A stretch of 64,000 bases of DNA from Escherichia coli (GTDB taxonomy: Bacteria > Pseudomonadota > Gammaproteobacteria > Enterobacterales > Enterobacteriaceae), in assembly GCF_030013205.1 (NCBI RefSeq), contig NZ_CP122648.1; one strand, given 5' to 3'. Below the pieces are notes generated by a model, which did not search any database, was not told the origin of the DNA, and worked only from the letters and a program-made list of their open reading frames with translations. The position numbers were made by a program, and so were the translations under genes. The first letter of the stretch is position 1. Every line of letters begins with the position of its first letter. Below, piece by piece: positions 1-12,074 of the stretch.

Positions 1-1
1 G

Positions 2-1717
2 TACCGCGACCTGCGCGATGGCGATCATTACGCCACGCTGAACACGGCTCAGAAGAAAGCGGTTGATAACGCACTGCGCGACTTCGAACTCTCTGGCATC
101 GGTCTGCCGAAAGAGAAACAGCAGCGTTACGGTGAGATTGCCACTCGTCTTTCCGAGCTGGGCAACCAGTACAGCAACAACGTTCTCGACGCGACAATGG
201 GCTGGACCAAACTCGTTACCGACGAAGCGGAACTGGCGGGGATGCCCGAAAGCGCGCTGGCTGCGGCAAAAGCCCTGGCTGAAGCGAAAGAGCTGGAAGG
301 TTATTTGCTGACGCTGGATATCCCAAGCTACCTGCCGGTAATGACCTACTGCGACAACCAGGCTCTGCGCGAAGAGATGTATCGTGCTTACAGCACCCGC
401 GCTTCCGATCAAGGCCCGAACGCCGGAAAGTGGGACAACAGCAAGGTGATGGAAGAGATCCTCGCGCTGCGTCACGAACTGGCGCAACTGCTGGGTTTTG
501 AAAACTACGCCTTTAAATCCCTTGCCACTAAAATGGCAGAAAATCCGCAGCAGGTGCTTGATTTCTTAACCGATCTGGCAAAACGCGCGCGTCCGCAAGG
601 TGAAAAAGAGCTGGCGCAACTGCGTGCCTTCGCTAAAGCCGAATTTGGCGTGGATGAGTTGCAGCCGTGGGATATCGCGTACTACAGCGAAAAACAAAAA
701 CAGCACCTCTACAGCATCAGTGACGAACAACTGCGTCCGTACTTCCCGGAAAACAAAGCGGTTAACGGCTTGTTTGAAGTGGTGAAACGTATTTACGGCA
801 TCACCGCTAAAGAGCGTAAAGATGTTGATGTCTGGCATCCGGATGTACGTTTCTTCGAACTGTATGACGAGAACAACGAACTGCGCGGCAGCTTCTACCT
901 CGACCTGTATGCCCGTGAAAACAAGCGCGGCGGGGCGTGGATGGATGACTGTGTAGGCCAGATGCGTAAAGCCGACGGTTCGCTGCAAAAACCGGTCGCG
1001 TATCTGACCTGTAACTTCAACCGCCCGGTAAATGGTAAACCGGCGCTGTTTACCCATGACGAAGTGATCACCCTGTTCCACGAGTTCGGTCACGGCCTGC
1101 ACCATATGCTGACCCGCATTGAAACTGCTGGTGTATCTGGTATCAGCGGGGTGCCGTGGGATGCGGTCGAACTGCCGAGCCAGTTTATGGAAAACTGGTG
1201 CTGGGAGCCTGAGGCGCTGGCGTTTATCTCCGGTCACTATGAAACCGGCGAACCGCTGCCGAAGGAGCTGCTGGATAAAATGCTGGCGGCTAAGAACTAC
1301 CAGGCGGCGCTGTTTATTCTGCGCCAGCTGGAGTTCGGCCTGTTTGATTTCCGCCTCCATGCCGAGTTCCGCCCGGATCAGGGAGCGAAAATCCTCGAAA
1401 CTCTGGCAGAAATCAAGAAACTGGTTGCCGTAGTACCGTCTCCATCCTGGGGCCGTTTCCCGCACGCTTTCAGCCATATTTTCGCCGGTGGTTATGCCGC
1501 AGGTTACTACAGCTACCTGTGGGCCGACGTGCTGGCGGCAGATGCCTTCTCGCGCTTTGAGGAAGAGGGCATTTTCAACCGTGAAACCGGACAGTCGTTC
1601 CTCGACAACATTCTGAGCCGTGGCGGTTCAGAAGAGCCGATGGATCTGTTCAAACGCTTCCGTGGTCGTGAACCGCAGCTGGATGCGATGCTGGAGCATT
1701 ACGGCATTAAGGGCTGA
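2..1717 (+). CDS. prlC: oligopeptidase A (M3 zinc metallopeptidase), N-terminus lies before window start
   Basis: Frame open from window start to TGA at 1715-1717; HEFGHGLHH zinc-binding motif; translated sequence and downstream synteny match E. coli PrlC as recalled. Confidence 0.93.
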   Translation, partial: YRDLRDGDHYATLNTAQKKAVDNALRDFELSGIGLPKEKQQRYGEIATRLSELGNQYSNNVLDATMGWTKLVTDEAELAGMPESALAAAKALAEAKELEGYLLTLDIPSYLPVMTYCDNQALREEMYRAYSTRASDQGPNAGKWDNSKVMEEILALRHELAQLLGFENYAFKSLATKMAENPQQVLDFLTDLAKRARPQGEKELAQLRAFAKAEFGVDELQPWDIAYYSEKQKQHLYSISDEQLRPYFPENKAVNGLFEVVKRIYGITAKERKDVDVWHPDVRFFELYDENNELRGSFYLDLYARENKRGGAWMDDCVGQMRKADGSLQKPVAYLTCNFNRPVNGKPALFTHDEVITLFHEFGHGLHHMLTRIETAGVSGISGVPWDAVELPSQFMENWCWEPEALAFISGHYETGEPLPKELLDKMLAAKNYQAALFILRQLEFGLFDFRLHAEFRPDQGAKILETLAEIKKLVAVVPSPSWGRFPHAFSHIFAGGYAAGYYSYLWADVLAADAFSRFEEEGIFNRETGQSFLDNILSRGGSEEPMDLFKRFRGREPQLDAMLEHYGIKG

Positions 1718-1724
1718 TCATTCA

Positions 1725-2477
1725 GTGAAAATCTGCTTAATTGATGAAACAGGCACCGGAGACGGTGCCTTATCTGTTCTGGCGACCCGCTGGGGGCTGG
1801 AACATGATGAAGACAACCTGATGGCGCTGGTATTAACGCCGGAGCATCTGGAACTGCGCAAGCGTGATGAGCCAAAACTTGGCGGCATCTTTGTTGATTT
1901 TGTTGGCGGGGCGATGGCGCACCGTCGCAAATTCGGCGGCGGACGTGGGGAGGCAGTGGCGAAAGCGGTGGGTATTAAAGGCGATTATTTGCCAGACGTG
2001 GTGGACGCTACCGCAGGGCTGGGGCGCGATGCCTTTGTGCTGGCTTCGGTCGGCTGCCGCGTGCGGATGCTGGAGCGTAATCCGGTGGTTGCTGCATTGC
2101 TCGACGACGGCCTGGCGCGTGGTTATGCGGATGCGGAAATCGGCGGCTGGTTGCAGGAGCGGTTGCAGTTAATTCACGCTTCCAGCCTGACGGCGCTGAC
2201 CGATATTACTCCGCGCCCGCAGGTGGTCTATCTCGATCCGATGTTCCCGCATAAGCAGAAAAGCGCGTTGGTGAAAAAAGAGATGCGAGTCTTTCAGTCG
2301 CTGGTGGGGCCGGATCTTGATGCCGATGGATTGCTGGAGCCTGCACGCTTGCTGGCGACCAAACGCGTGGTGGTAAAGCGCCCGGACTACGCGCCGCCGC
2401 TGGCGAATGTCGCCACGCCAAACGCGGTAGTGACCAAAGGGCATCGCTTTGATATTTATGCCGGAACGCCGGTGTAA
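1725..2477 (+). CDS. rsmJ: 16S rRNA m2G1516 methyltransferase RsmJ
   Basis: 250-codon frame from GTG at 1725 ([10 protein letters not shown]...), 8 nt after the prlC stop; the ORF-track 285-aa version overlaps prlC and is rejected; matches RsmJ/YhiQ as recalled. Confidence 0.88.
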   Translation: MKICLIDETGTGDGALSVLATRWGLEHDEDNLMALVLTPEHLELRKRDEPKLGGIFVDFVGGAMAHRRKFGGGRGEAVAKAVGIKGDYLPDVVDATAGLGRDAFVLASVGCRVRMLERNPVVAALLDDGLARGYADAEIGGWLQERLQLIHASSLTALTDITPRPQVVYLDPMFPHKQKSALVKKEMRVFQSLVGPDLDADGLLEPARLLATKRVVVKRPDYAPPLANVATPNAVVTKGHRFDIYAGTPV

Positions 2478-2483
2478 AAGTAA

Positions 2484-2511
2484 AGCAGGGTAGCGTTATC
2501 GCTACCCTGCT
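2484..2511. terminator. bidirectional hairpin terminator between convergent rsmJ and dtpB
   Basis: Inverted repeat agcagggtagcg/ttat/cgctaccctgct directly after both stop codons, T-rich on the minus-strand side. Confidence 0.6.
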
Positions 2512-2525
2512 TTCTGCAAGAATAA

Positions 2526-3995
2526 TTAATGGCTTTCGGGCGTCGCAATCATTCGTTTCAGCCACGGCACCATCAGCAGCATCACCACCGCAACGCCCAG
2601 CGTAACCAGGCCAATCTTACCAAACACGTTGGTATAGACGGGCAACGTCTCAAGTGGATCGGTAATGTTGTCTGGTACTGCGGTAAATGTTGCCACATAG
2701 CCGCCCAGCAAGAACGCGGCAGCCTGTGTCAGGAACCACATCCCGAGAATAAAGCCCATCAAATGCTGCGGCACCAGGGCAGCAATCATCGCCAGGCCAA
2801 GGGCGCTAATAAACAGTTCACCTAAGCTCTGGAATAAGTACACCAGCACGATAAACCATGGCGATGTCAGTCCTTGTGCATCAGCAAACCACATTCCCGC
2901 AGCGGCGGCTGTAAGAAAGCCCAGCGAGCACATAAACATGCCGAGAGTAAATTTCATCGGCATCGAGAGGTCTTTGCCTTTGTTACCCAGATGCGTGTAA
3001 ATGCCTGCCAGTATTGGGCTGGCGAGTACCACCCAGAACGGGTTAAGCGCCTGGAAGCTGACAGGGTTGATGGAAAAGCCGAGAATTTCATGATGCACGT
3101 TGTTGATGGCAAAGAAGTTCAGCGACGTTGGCATCTGGGCGTAGAGAATGTAAAACACCACCGCTTCGAGCATCAGGACAAAGGCGACAAACATTTTATT
3201 GCGCCCGGTTTTATCCAGCTTGAATGCCTGACGAAAGAAAATGATGGTGACGACGATGGAGAGAACAATCAGCACCAGATTGGCGACTTCTACGTTGTGC
3301 ATCAGCCATGCACAGACGAAGATCATCACCACGCTGCCAAGTAACACGTACAACAGTTTGCTGAAGCTCATCGGCCGGAAGTCGGGTTCAGAACCAATGT
3401 CTTTTACCATTCCGCGACAGGCGATGTAAACCAATAGCGCGATAATTAATCCCGCACCGCACAGGTTGTAGGTGACTGAATAGCCGAATCTATCAGCGAT
3501 CACAGGGGCCAGCGATAACGCTATCAACGAGCCGATGTTGATCGACATATAGAACAGGGTAAATGCGCCATCAAGCCGCGGATCTTTCGGCGGATAGCAC
3601 TTCGAAAGCAAGCTGGCTGGGTTAGCTTTAAACAGGCCGTTACCGACAGCGATAGTCCCCAGGGCGATGAAAATCAGGTCAGGCTTAAGTAGCGACAGGC
3701 CGGTCATGAAGTAGCCAATCGCCAGCACAAGTGCTCCGAGGACAATGGTGCGTTTGGTCCCCAGCAGGTGGTCGCCGACATAGCCGCCAATGGAAATGAG
3801 GCCATAGACCAGCGCAGCAAAAGCACCAAAAGTGACAAAAGCCTGTTCTTGCGAGAATCCAAGCTGCTTAACGAAGAAAACCGCCAGTACGCCCTGCACG
3901 CCGTAGTAGCCGAATCGCTCCCATAACTCGACAAAAAAGATCATGAAAAATGGGCGAGGTTGCTGCAGCATCCCCATGGGTGTTGTTGTATTCAT
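2526..3995 (-). CDS. dtpB: dipeptide/tripeptide:H+ permease (POT family)
   Basis: 489-aa ORF, strongly hydrophobic multi-TM protein, full-length match to DtpB/YhiP as recalled. Confidence 0.92.
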   Translation of the reverse strand: MNTTTPMGMLQQPRPFFMIFFVELWERFGYYGVQGVLAVFFVKQLGFSQEQAFVTFGAFAALVYGLISIGGYVGDHLLGTKRTIVLGALVLAIGYFMTGLSLLKPDLIFIALGTIAVGNGLFKANPASLLSKCYPPKDPRLDGAFTLFYMSINIGSLIALSLAPVIADRFGYSVTYNLCGAGLIIALLVYIACRGMVKDIGSEPDFRPMSFSKLLYVLLGSVVMIFVCAWLMHNVEVANLVLIVLSIVVTIIFFRQAFKLDKTGRNKMFVAFVLMLEAVVFYILYAQMPTSLNFFAINNVHHEILGFSINPVSFQALNPFWVVLASPILAGIYTHLGNKGKDLSMPMKFTLGMFMCSLGFLTAAAAGMWFADAQGLTSPWFIVLVYLFQSLGELFISALGLAMIAALVPQHLMGFILGMWFLTQAAAFLLGGYVATFTAVPDNITDPLETLPVYTNVFGKIGLVTLGVAVVMLLMVPWLKRMIATPESH

Positions 3996-4264
3996 ATTTA
4001 TTAACCTTCCAATACCATCCTGAAAAGTATGAACGCGTAAGGGATAACGCGCGAAAAAGTTTACATCTGTCAGAGATTCTTAATATTGATGCGGTGAATA
4101 GATTAATACACTATTACAACAGAAAATAACCAGCTGATCACACTAATGATGGAAAATATGATGGTGTTAAATGTTGTATTGGCAGGGGATTTTGATTGCG
4201 TACGCAGACCGTAGGCCAGATAAGGTGTTTACGCTGCAAGGTAACAAGGCGCGCCAAAAAGCAA

Positions 4265-4286
4265 AACGCCCGCATATGCGGGCGTT
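4265..4286 (-). terminator. rho-independent terminator of uspA
   Basis: Perfect palindrome aacgcccgcatatgcgggcgtt 25 nt downstream of the uspA stop, followed on the minus strand by ttgcttttt. Confidence 0.7.
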
Positions 4287-4310
4287 CAGGAACACGTCGT
4301 AGAGGGAAGA

Positions 4311-4745
4311 TTATTCTTCTTCGTCGCGCAGCGGAACAATCAGCATATCAACGTGAACGGTGTTGATCAGCTGACGTGCGGAAGACATCAGTTTGCTCCA
4401 GAAGTCCTGGTGGTGACCACAAACCACCAGATCCATATCGTATTTCTTGATTGCATCGACCAGAACCTGGCCCAGATCGCCGCTGCCGCTCAGGGTTTCA
4501 GTGATTGGGTAGCCTGCATTAGTGGAAAGCTCGGTCAGCGCATGATGTGTCTCTTCAGAGATGCGTTTCTGCATATCACCCAGATTCACATCAATAAGCC
4601 CGGTGTATAGGTCAGAGTAGTTTACATCTACGTGGATCAGAGAAACTTTCGCATTATAGGGGCGAGCCATAGAGACTGCTTTCTCTACCAGAACTTTGCT
4701 TTCCGGGGAGAGATCGACCGCGATGAGAATGTGTTTATAAGCCAT
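4311..4745 (-). CDS. uspA: universal stress protein A
   Basis: 144-aa [20 protein letters not shown]..., matches UspA as recalled. Confidence 0.95.
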
Positions 4746-5135
4746 AGTGTTACTCCTTCCATAAAGTTGTCGATGACTGGCCAGCTAGCGTTTCTTGTGC
4801 CGTTACGTCACCCGCGTCCTGCGAACTACGTGCGCGGGGCTAACCCAGCCGTAAAGATTCAGTGTTAAGACCATCCTTACCTTATAGCGACCCGGATGAT
4901 CCGTCAATCCGCCTTACTTACTCGTTAGATAAACAAATTTTCGACATGAATATATTGATAGTGGTTAACCTTCTGGAAAAAAAACAACCTGATCTCCTAC
5001 ACTATCTATAGAGCCGCTCGGATGTTGGTCACCACAAAAGCGGTTTCTCCAGGACCTGGTGTTAACTGATTGGCAGCGTATCGGGAGCGGTAGCCCCGGG
5101 GTGGAACTCCGCGGGCAGGTCGCCGGGGAGGAGGT

Positions 5136-5471
5136 ATGATAAGCACCGTCGCATTATTTTGGGCTTTATGTGTCGTTTGCATTGTTAACATGGCGCGCTA
5201 TTTCTCATCACTACGCGCGTTGTTAGTGGTACTGCGTAACTGCGATCCATTGCTCTATCAATATGTTGATGGAGGGGGCTTTTTTACCTCACATGGCCAA
5301 CCCAACAAACAGGTGCGTCTCGTTTGGTATATCTATGCCCAACGTTATCGCGATCATCACGATGATGAGTTTATTCGCCGCTGTGAGCGGGTGCGTCGGC
5401 AGTTTATTCTGACCAGCGCATTGTGTGGTCTGGTGGTGGTCAGTCTGATTGCATTGATGATTTGGCATTAA
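5136..5471 (+). CDS. uspB: universal stress protein B (small membrane protein)
   Basis: 111-aa ORF with two hydrophobic segments, divergent from uspA; matches UspB as recalled. Confidence 0.9.
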
Positions 5472-5500
5472 GCAATTCAGCAAAAATAACGCATAAAAAA

Positions 5501-5530
5501 AGCGGGCCAGTAAACTGACCCGCTCGTTTT
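5501..5530. terminator. bidirectional terminator between convergent uspB and pitA
   Basis: Imperfect hairpin agcgggccag...ctgacccgct flanked by A-run upstream and cgttttgg downstream. Confidence 0.55.
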
Positions 5531-5541
5531 GGTGCGTGCGA

Positions 5542-7041
5542 TTACAGGAACTGCAAGGAGAGCCAGTAAAGCCCGCCGGAAAGCAGTACCGCAGCCGGAA
5601 GGGTAAACACCCAGGCCATCAGAATACTGGTCACGGTTTTACGCTGTAAGCCGCCGCCATCTACCACCATCGTCCCCGCGACAGAAGAGGAGAGTACGTG
5701 GGTAGTGGAAACCGGCATCCCGGTATAACTCGCCAGGCCGATAGACACTGCCGCAGTCATCTGGGCAGACATCCCCTGAGCGTAGGTCATGCCTTTCTTA
5801 CCGATTTTCTCACCGATAGTCGTTGCCACACGACGCCAGCCAATCATCGTACCGATACCTAACGCCAGCGCGACCGCCATGATGATCCACACCGGTGCAT
5901 ACTCGATGGTGCTAAGCATGTCAGACTTCAGTTTCTTCAACAGGCGCTGATCGTCAGCACTCACGCCAGGCATCTTCACCACTTTGTCGATAGTGTCAGA
6001 AACGCACAGCATAATGCGGCGCATCTGGCTACGTTGATCAAGCGACAGCTTATCGTAGCTTTCCACATCGGTAGTCAACATGCCTTTCAGGCGGTTGAGC
6101 GCGTTAATGGTATTCGACGGATGGCAATGGAACTCCGCAGGTTGCGTTGCGCCAGCTTCCGGAGCCGGTACTAACTGATCAGCACCGGTAGCCTGTTTCA
6201 GCAGCGCAGGGTGCTGCTCAAAGTAAGCTTCCACGTTGTTGATGGCATCACGGGTACGGGTGATTTCGTAGCCAGTGGCATTCATGTTCACCACGAAGCC
6301 TGCTGGTGCGACGCCAATCAATACCAACATAACCAGACCAATGCCTTTCTGACCATCGTTCGCGCCGTGCGAAAACGCCACGCCGATAGCGGAAAGGATC
6401 AGCGCAATACGCGTCCAGAACGGCGGCTTTTTCTTGCCGTCTTTCTTTTCACGCTCCGCTGGGGTCAGGTGGATACGGGCGCGTTTCTTGGTGCCGCTCC
6501 AGTAGCGACGCAGCAAGAAAATCAGACCGCCAGCAAACACCAGGCCGACAATAGGGGAAACGATCAGAGAACCGAAAATACTTAATACTTTCGGGATATT
6601 GAGTGCATCCACCACTGACGTCCCGGTCATCAACGCATTGGTTAAACCAATCCCGATGATCGCGCCAATCAGCGTATGAGAGCTGGATGCAGGTAAACCA
6701 AAGTACCAGGTACCCAGGTTCCAGATAATCGCCGCCAGCAACATAGAGAACACCATGGCAAGGCCATGAGACGATCCCATATTAAGCAGCAGATCCGTCG
6801 GCAGCATATGCACAATGGCATAGGCAACACTCAGACCACCCAGCAAAACACCCAAAAAGTTGAACACCGCCGCCATAACCACGGCGAGCTGAGAACGCAT
6901 CGCGCGGGTATAGATAACGGTTGCCACGGCGTTGGCTGTGTCATGGAAACCATTGATGGCTTCGTAGAACAGCACAAAAGCCAGTGCAAGCAATAATAAC
7001 AGCCCGGTATGCAAATCCAGGCCAGCAAACAAATGTAGCAT
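5542..7041 (-). CDS. pitA: low-affinity inorganic phosphate:metal transporter
   Basis: 499-aa polytopic membrane ORF, PiT-family GANDGQK motif, full-length match to PitA as recalled. Confidence 0.93.
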
Positions 7042-7272
7042 AGGACGTTACGCCATTTTGAGGACATGAACGCGGCGCATTATCAGTGACTTTCGCGGCG
7101 CGGGCAAAGTGAAATATAGACTTTTTTTGATTTGCCTCCTGTATGGATTTCACTCAAAAAATAATTATCTTATATAATTCAGGTAAATACTTCCTTTTAG
7201 TAATATTGATGCTGGTGCGACCACTGAGGAATCTTTACAATTCACGCCCGTTTTTTCTTAGAGGAGCGCAAC

Positions 7273-8475
7273 GTGGAAAGGTTTGATGCCATTATTATAG
7301 GCGCTGGTGCGGCGGGTATGTTCTGTTCTGCGCTGGCAGGTCAGGCAGGACGCCGGGTTCTGCTGATCGATAATGGTAAAAAACCAGGGCGCAAAATCCT
7401 CATGTCTGGCGGTGGGCGCTGCAACTTTACCAATCTTTATGTCGAACCGGGCGCTTATCTGAGCCAGAATCCGCATTTTTGTAAGTCTGCACTCGCGCGT
7501 TTTACCCAGTGGGATTTCATTGATCTGGTCAATAAACACGGCATCGCCTGGCACGAGAAAACGTTAGGGCAACTCTTCTGCGATGACTCCGCTCAGCAGA
7601 TTGTCGACATGCTGGTGGATGAGTGCGAGAAGGGCAATGTGACCTTCAGATTGCGTAGCGAAGTGCTGAGCGTGGAGAAGGATGATACAGGCTTCACGCT
7701 TGAACTGAACGGCATGACTGTCGGTTGCGAAAAGCTGGTCATCGCGACCGGTGGGCTGTCAATGCCAGGGCTGGGCGCGTCGCCGTTTGGTTATAAGATT
7801 GCCGAACAATTTGGCCTCAACGTGCTGCCGACCCGCGCGGGCCTGGTGCCATTCACTCTGCATAAACCGTTGCTCGAAGAGTTACAGGTGCTGGCGGGCG
7901 TGGCGGTGCCTTCCGTGATTACCGCTGAAAACGGCACCGTTTTCCGTGAGAACTTACTCTTCACCCACCGCGGCTTATCTGGACCGGCGGTGTTGCAAAT
8001 TTCCAGCTACTGGCAACCGGGTGAATTTGTCAGTATCAATCTGCTACCGGATGTGGACCTCGAAACCTTCCTGAATGAGCAGCGTAATGCACATCCGAAT
8101 CAGAGCCTGAAAAACACACTGGCGGTTCATCTACCGAAGCGGTTGGTTGAACGTTTACAACAACTCGGGCAAATCCCGGATGTCTCGCTAAAACAGCTCA
8201 ACGTACGTGACCAACAGGCACTGATTAGCACATTGACCGACTGGCGCGTACAACCCAACGGCACTGAAGGCTATCGCACTGCCGAAGTGACGCTCGGCGG
8301 CGTGGACACCAACGAACTCTCTTCACGGACGATGGAAGCGCGCAAAGTGCCTGGGCTGTACTTCATCGGCGAAGTGATGGACGTCACCGGTTGGCTGGGG
8401 GGCTATAACTTCCAGTGGGCGTGGTCGAGTGCGTGGGCTTGTGCGCAGGATTTGGTCGAAGCGAAGTCGTCCTGA
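7273..8475 (+). CDS. yhiN: FAD-dependent oxidoreductase, HI0933/BaiN-like family
   Basis: 400-aa ORF with N-terminal dinucleotide-binding GxGxxG (IIGAGAAG); matches YhiN as recalled. Confidence 0.88.
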   Translation: MERFDAIIIGAGAAGMFCSALAGQAGRRVLLIDNGKKPGRKILMSGGGRCNFTNLYVEPGAYLSQNPHFCKSALARFTQWDFIDLVNKHGIAWHEKTLGQLFCDDSAQQIVDMLVDECEKGNVTFRLRSEVLSVEKDDTGFTLELNGMTVGCEKLVIATGGLSMPGLGASPFGYKIAEQFGLNVLPTRAGLVPFTLHKPLLEELQVLAGVAVPSVITAENGTVFRENLLFTHRGLSGPAVLQISSYWQPGEFVSINLLPDVDLETFLNEQRNAHPNQSLKNTLAVHLPKRLVERLQQLGQIPDVSLKQLNVRDQQALISTLTDWRVQPNGTEGYRTAEVTLGGVDTNELSSRTMEARKVPGLYFIGEVMDVTGWLGGYNFQWAWSSAWACAQDLVEAKSS

Positions 8476-8736
8476 CCTATTATCTAAAGATGAAAATTAT
8501 TAGGGTCGCATTAAAAATGAGCTAATTTTGATAGTGGTTATCTTGTGATTATTTTCTAATGAGCCTGTGAACTGAAACCCTCCAGGCTTAATATAAGGTG
8601 GAAGGAAAGGTGATTAAAACTCCCCCAGTGGCCAGATCTTTATAAAATATGAACAGGTTGAAAAAATCAGCAACTTTGCTGTTTTTTTATACTTAACCAC
8701 TATGCATTAATTCTGCGTTATTTCATGATACCTGAG

Positions 8737-8774
8737 AAAAACCAGCGTTACGCAAATAATCAACGCTGGTTTTA
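8737..8774 (-). terminator. hairpin terminator downstream of yhiM
   Basis: Stem aaaaccagcgtt ... aacgctggtttt with T-run on the minus strand, about 20 nt past the yhiM stop. Confidence 0.55.
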
Positions 8775-8789
8775 TCCGGTACGTTGCAA

Positions 8790-9842
8790 TTATTTTTTAG
8801 CAGAACCCGCTTCTAATATTGAAACGATTGAGAACAACGTAAAGCATACCGCTCCCAAACCGACCAGAACCCGCGAAGGAATAAAATACCCTATGTCGGT
8901 CTGCGCCATTTCTGCAAGAAACGATGCCAGGAAAAGGCAAAACAGGCAGGTGAAGACGGGAATCATCGGTATTCTGTTGGCTAACGAACAGGTACGTCTC
9001 CAGACCAGTGCCAGTAGCCAGACTTTTGAGAATATGCTGTAACAGATCATTCCGAGGCAAATGAGGATAATGCCGGGAGCCAGTCGGGCGCTTGCATCGG
9101 AGCTGACTAAGACGTATATGCCCTGCAGCACCGTGATTGAGCCGAGAATAATAACCCAATAACACCACAGCCAGTGCTCTTTGGATGAGAACGTATTACG
9201 TGTTTGATGGACGATTGTGGCAACAAGACCAATTAGACAGGCACAGATTGCGGTTAACCCAAGCAATACGTGACCGGCGACATAATGTGGAGTTATGTCG
9301 GCACTACGTAACAGCGTAATAGACCAAATGAAACCGAGCAGGGTGAGTAAAACGGGAACGGCAATGAGGCAATTACCGATTAATGACGAATAAGCCTGTA
9401 CCGGTGTTCCATCGCTCTTGCTCCCTGCTGCGTTTTTGGGAATGAGCAGAAAGTGACCGGATGACGCTGCCACTGTCGATACACAGGCGGCAATCATACC
9501 AACGCCAAAAATAACATGGCCGGCAACAAACTCGTCTGCCATCACATCATTGCCTGCTAACAGTGCCCAACCCCATATCATGGTGATAATTGACCCCGCA
9601 TAGCCAATAATGGGGAACAATGTATTGTAAAACGTATTAACGCCGCGCGTGAGCTGCGAAATGATAATAAATGCGGTAGTGAATAATGCCAGGCATATGG
9701 CTGCCAGAGAAATCAGCACATGACCCGCGACGAAATACTCACTTTGCCCAGAACTTTCCAGCACAAAGCCACCTAACGCGATACAAATTAAGCCCATAAT
9801 TAAAGGGATTAATTTGAAAAGCCACCCGATATATATGTTCAC
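8790..9842 (-). CDS. yhiM: inner membrane protein YhiM (DUF2776, acid-resistance associated)
   Basis: 350-codon frame from GTG at 9842 (VNIYIGW...) preceded by AGGAG; repeated VAGHV motifs in a multi-TM protein; the ORF-track 383-aa N-terminal extension is rejected. Confidence 0.85.
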   Translation of the reverse strand: MNIYIGWLFKLIPLIMGLICIALGGFVLESSGQSEYFVAGHVLISLAAICLALFTTAFIIISQLTRGVNTFYNTLFPIIGYAGSIITMIWGWALLAGNDVMADEFVAGHVIFGVGMIAACVSTVAASSGHFLLIPKNAAGSKSDGTPVQAYSSLIGNCLIAVPVLLTLLGFIWSITLLRSADITPHYVAGHVLLGLTAICACLIGLVATIVHQTRNTFSSKEHWLWCYWVIILGSITVLQGIYVLVSSDASARLAPGIILICLGMICYSIFSKVWLLALVWRRTCSLANRIPMIPVFTCLFCLFLASFLAEMAQTDIGYFIPSRVLVGLGAVCFTLFSIVSILEAGSAKK

Positions 9843-10140
9843 TTTAAACTCCTCAGGTATCCCTGCTAATATTGAAATGTGCATTAATGATAATTTCAGC
9901 CTGTTAATACAATGACGAGATATCATTAAAGACAAATGCATAGCATAACTATAGCGGGATTTACTTTGCAGAGCGCTACTTTTCAGCGTTCAAAAGGCCA
10001 TGGTAAATAAATATTTATCCTAAGATTAATTCTTATTCTGTTGTTTTTTACAATTATCTTCCAGGGAGGGATTCTTTTTCATTATTTGGTAAAAGACCGG
10101 ATGGTATCGGTGCTTAAAATCATCGAACATATAAGTATTA

Positions 10141-11813
10141 TTGCTTTGTATCATCGTAAAAATGTCTTTCAGACATGTGTCATTTATTTTGTCACTAACA
10201 AGTCAAAAATATCACGGGTTATTTATGAAAGTATTTCACAATATATTTAAGCACTTCTCTTCAAACCATCAAGATAAGCATTCAGATAAAGTTAACAGTC
10301 ATCAACACCATGGCAATGTTGATAAAAAACATCGTTCAAAGATAGTTGAAATTGATAAGCTGGATAAACATTCGCAAATAGATAACGATTTTGGCCTGCA
10401 TATCATCTATTTCCTGCAACATGGCTGCTGGAACGTAACTGAACATAGTCCTCAGATAGAAAAACTGTGGTTTTACAATAGTGAGCCATCTATAGATATT
10501 AAAGAATATAATGGTTTCGCCGATAATACTACTGACACGTTTATCTTTACAATTATACCAGACAATAACCATGTGATAAAATTATCGTCTCCCATTACCG
10601 TTACGATTGAGCGTAAGGACGGTTATTATTTTATTAATTTCTCCGGGGATAAATCAGACATAATTTATAAAGTTGATGGGTTTTCTATCATACCTGAAAA
10701 TTTTTTTACTCTTCTTAGCGGTAATTTTAAAGCTGACTGGCGTTGGGCTGTCTCTAAAGAGACGTTTACTAAGGAAAAGTTTGATAGCTATGTTGAATCT
10801 GTTTTTTCAAAAATAGACTTTTATAAACAGTGTGGTGTGATTAACCCAAAAAATCCCAACACGGCTTATTTTGGCGATACAGATGGAAGAGTGGGCGCTG
10901 TACTTTATGCATTGCTCGTTTCAGGGCATATAGGCATCAGGGGAGAGGGGGGAGTTTATTATGTCAATTATTAAAACACGAAGACATGGCGTCATTCGCA
11001 TATGAAAATAAAAAATTGAAAAAACTCTTCACTTTATTAGATACGAGAGACATGATCTTGAATGAGTTGCATCAACATGTTTTTTTAAAAGGCGATGCGA
11101 TTACCCCTTGTATCTTCCTTGGGGATCATACAGGCGATAGATTTAGTACTATTTTTGGTGATAAATATATCCTTACTTTGCTAAATTCTATGCGAAATAT
11201 GGAGGGTAATAAAGATAGTCGTATAAATAAAAATGTTGTCGTTCTGGCTGGAAATCATGAAATCAATTTTAATGGTAACTATAGTGCACGACTAGCAAAT
11301 CATAAACTCTCTTCCGGTGATACATATGACTTAATTAAAACGCTCGATGTTTGTAATTATGACTCAGAAACGAAAGTTTTAACCAGTCATCACGGAATAA
11401 TAAGAAATGAAGAAAATGAATGTTATTGTCTAGGTGCTTTGCAGGTTCCATTTAATCAGATGAAAGACCCAATTGATCCTGAGGAATTAGCAAATATATT
11501 TAATAAAAAACATAAACAACACATGGATGATCGTCTTATCCATCTAATTAGAAGCAATGCTATAGCATCCACACCTGTATATGACAATTATTTTAATAAC
11601 ACTACTGCTTTCAGACCAAAACCTGAAGATATCTTCAAATGTGGACAGACGCTCAAAAAAAGTAAACAGAAATATGGCCATTATGGATTAGGGGTAGATC
11701 AGCATCAAAAAATTGATAATTATACCATGGGGCTAAATTCCTGGAAGATAGCACCTAACGAACGTGGTGATAAAAAAGGTGTCCCAGGGCTTAGTTGTTT
11801 TCAATCTCATTAA
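10141..11813 (+). pseudogene. yhiL: yhiL, DUF4049-family paralog of yhiJ, split by a frameshift into two ORFs (10141..10974 and 10986..11813)
   Basis: The two adjacent ORFs are in different frames and together align to the C-terminal two thirds of the 540-aa yhiJ product (AYFGDTDGRVGAVLYAL; CIFLGDHTGDRFS...VVLAGNHEINFNGNY); AT-rich; likely native start is ATG 10225. Confidence 0.75.
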
Positions 11814-12074
11814 AACTCCATGAATACGGTGGTATATCTTTTTAATCCTGCCAGTATTTCATAGTTTTTCTTAATCGATTGTAGAGGCATGTTCTGATGA
11901 CGCCTCTACAATCTTTAGGGACTTTCTCTACTATGAGATAAGAAATTTCATATTATGCTTTAAGGCTGAATGATTTGTGCAAAATATAATTATTTTTCCA
12001 TCGAACATGAGGTGTTTGTCATAAGATTAAATGATAACTATGTATTCCTCGCGGTGAATTGTATGAGGTAAAAG

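Noticed and set aside
566-1477. 303-aa ORF on the minus strand inside prlC
   Set aside because: Fully antisense to a well-supported conserved gene; no start context or recognisable motifs; typical spurious antisense ORF
4746-5135. Possible FadR or other operator in the uspA-uspB divergent promoter region
   Set aside because: No convincing match to the FadR consensus could be located by eye; left unannotated
8725-9168. ORFs 8725..9042 (+) and 8797..9168 (-) overlapping yhiM
   Set aside because: The alternative frame encoding the polytopic VAGHV-repeat protein is clearly the real gene; these are out-of-frame or antisense artefacts
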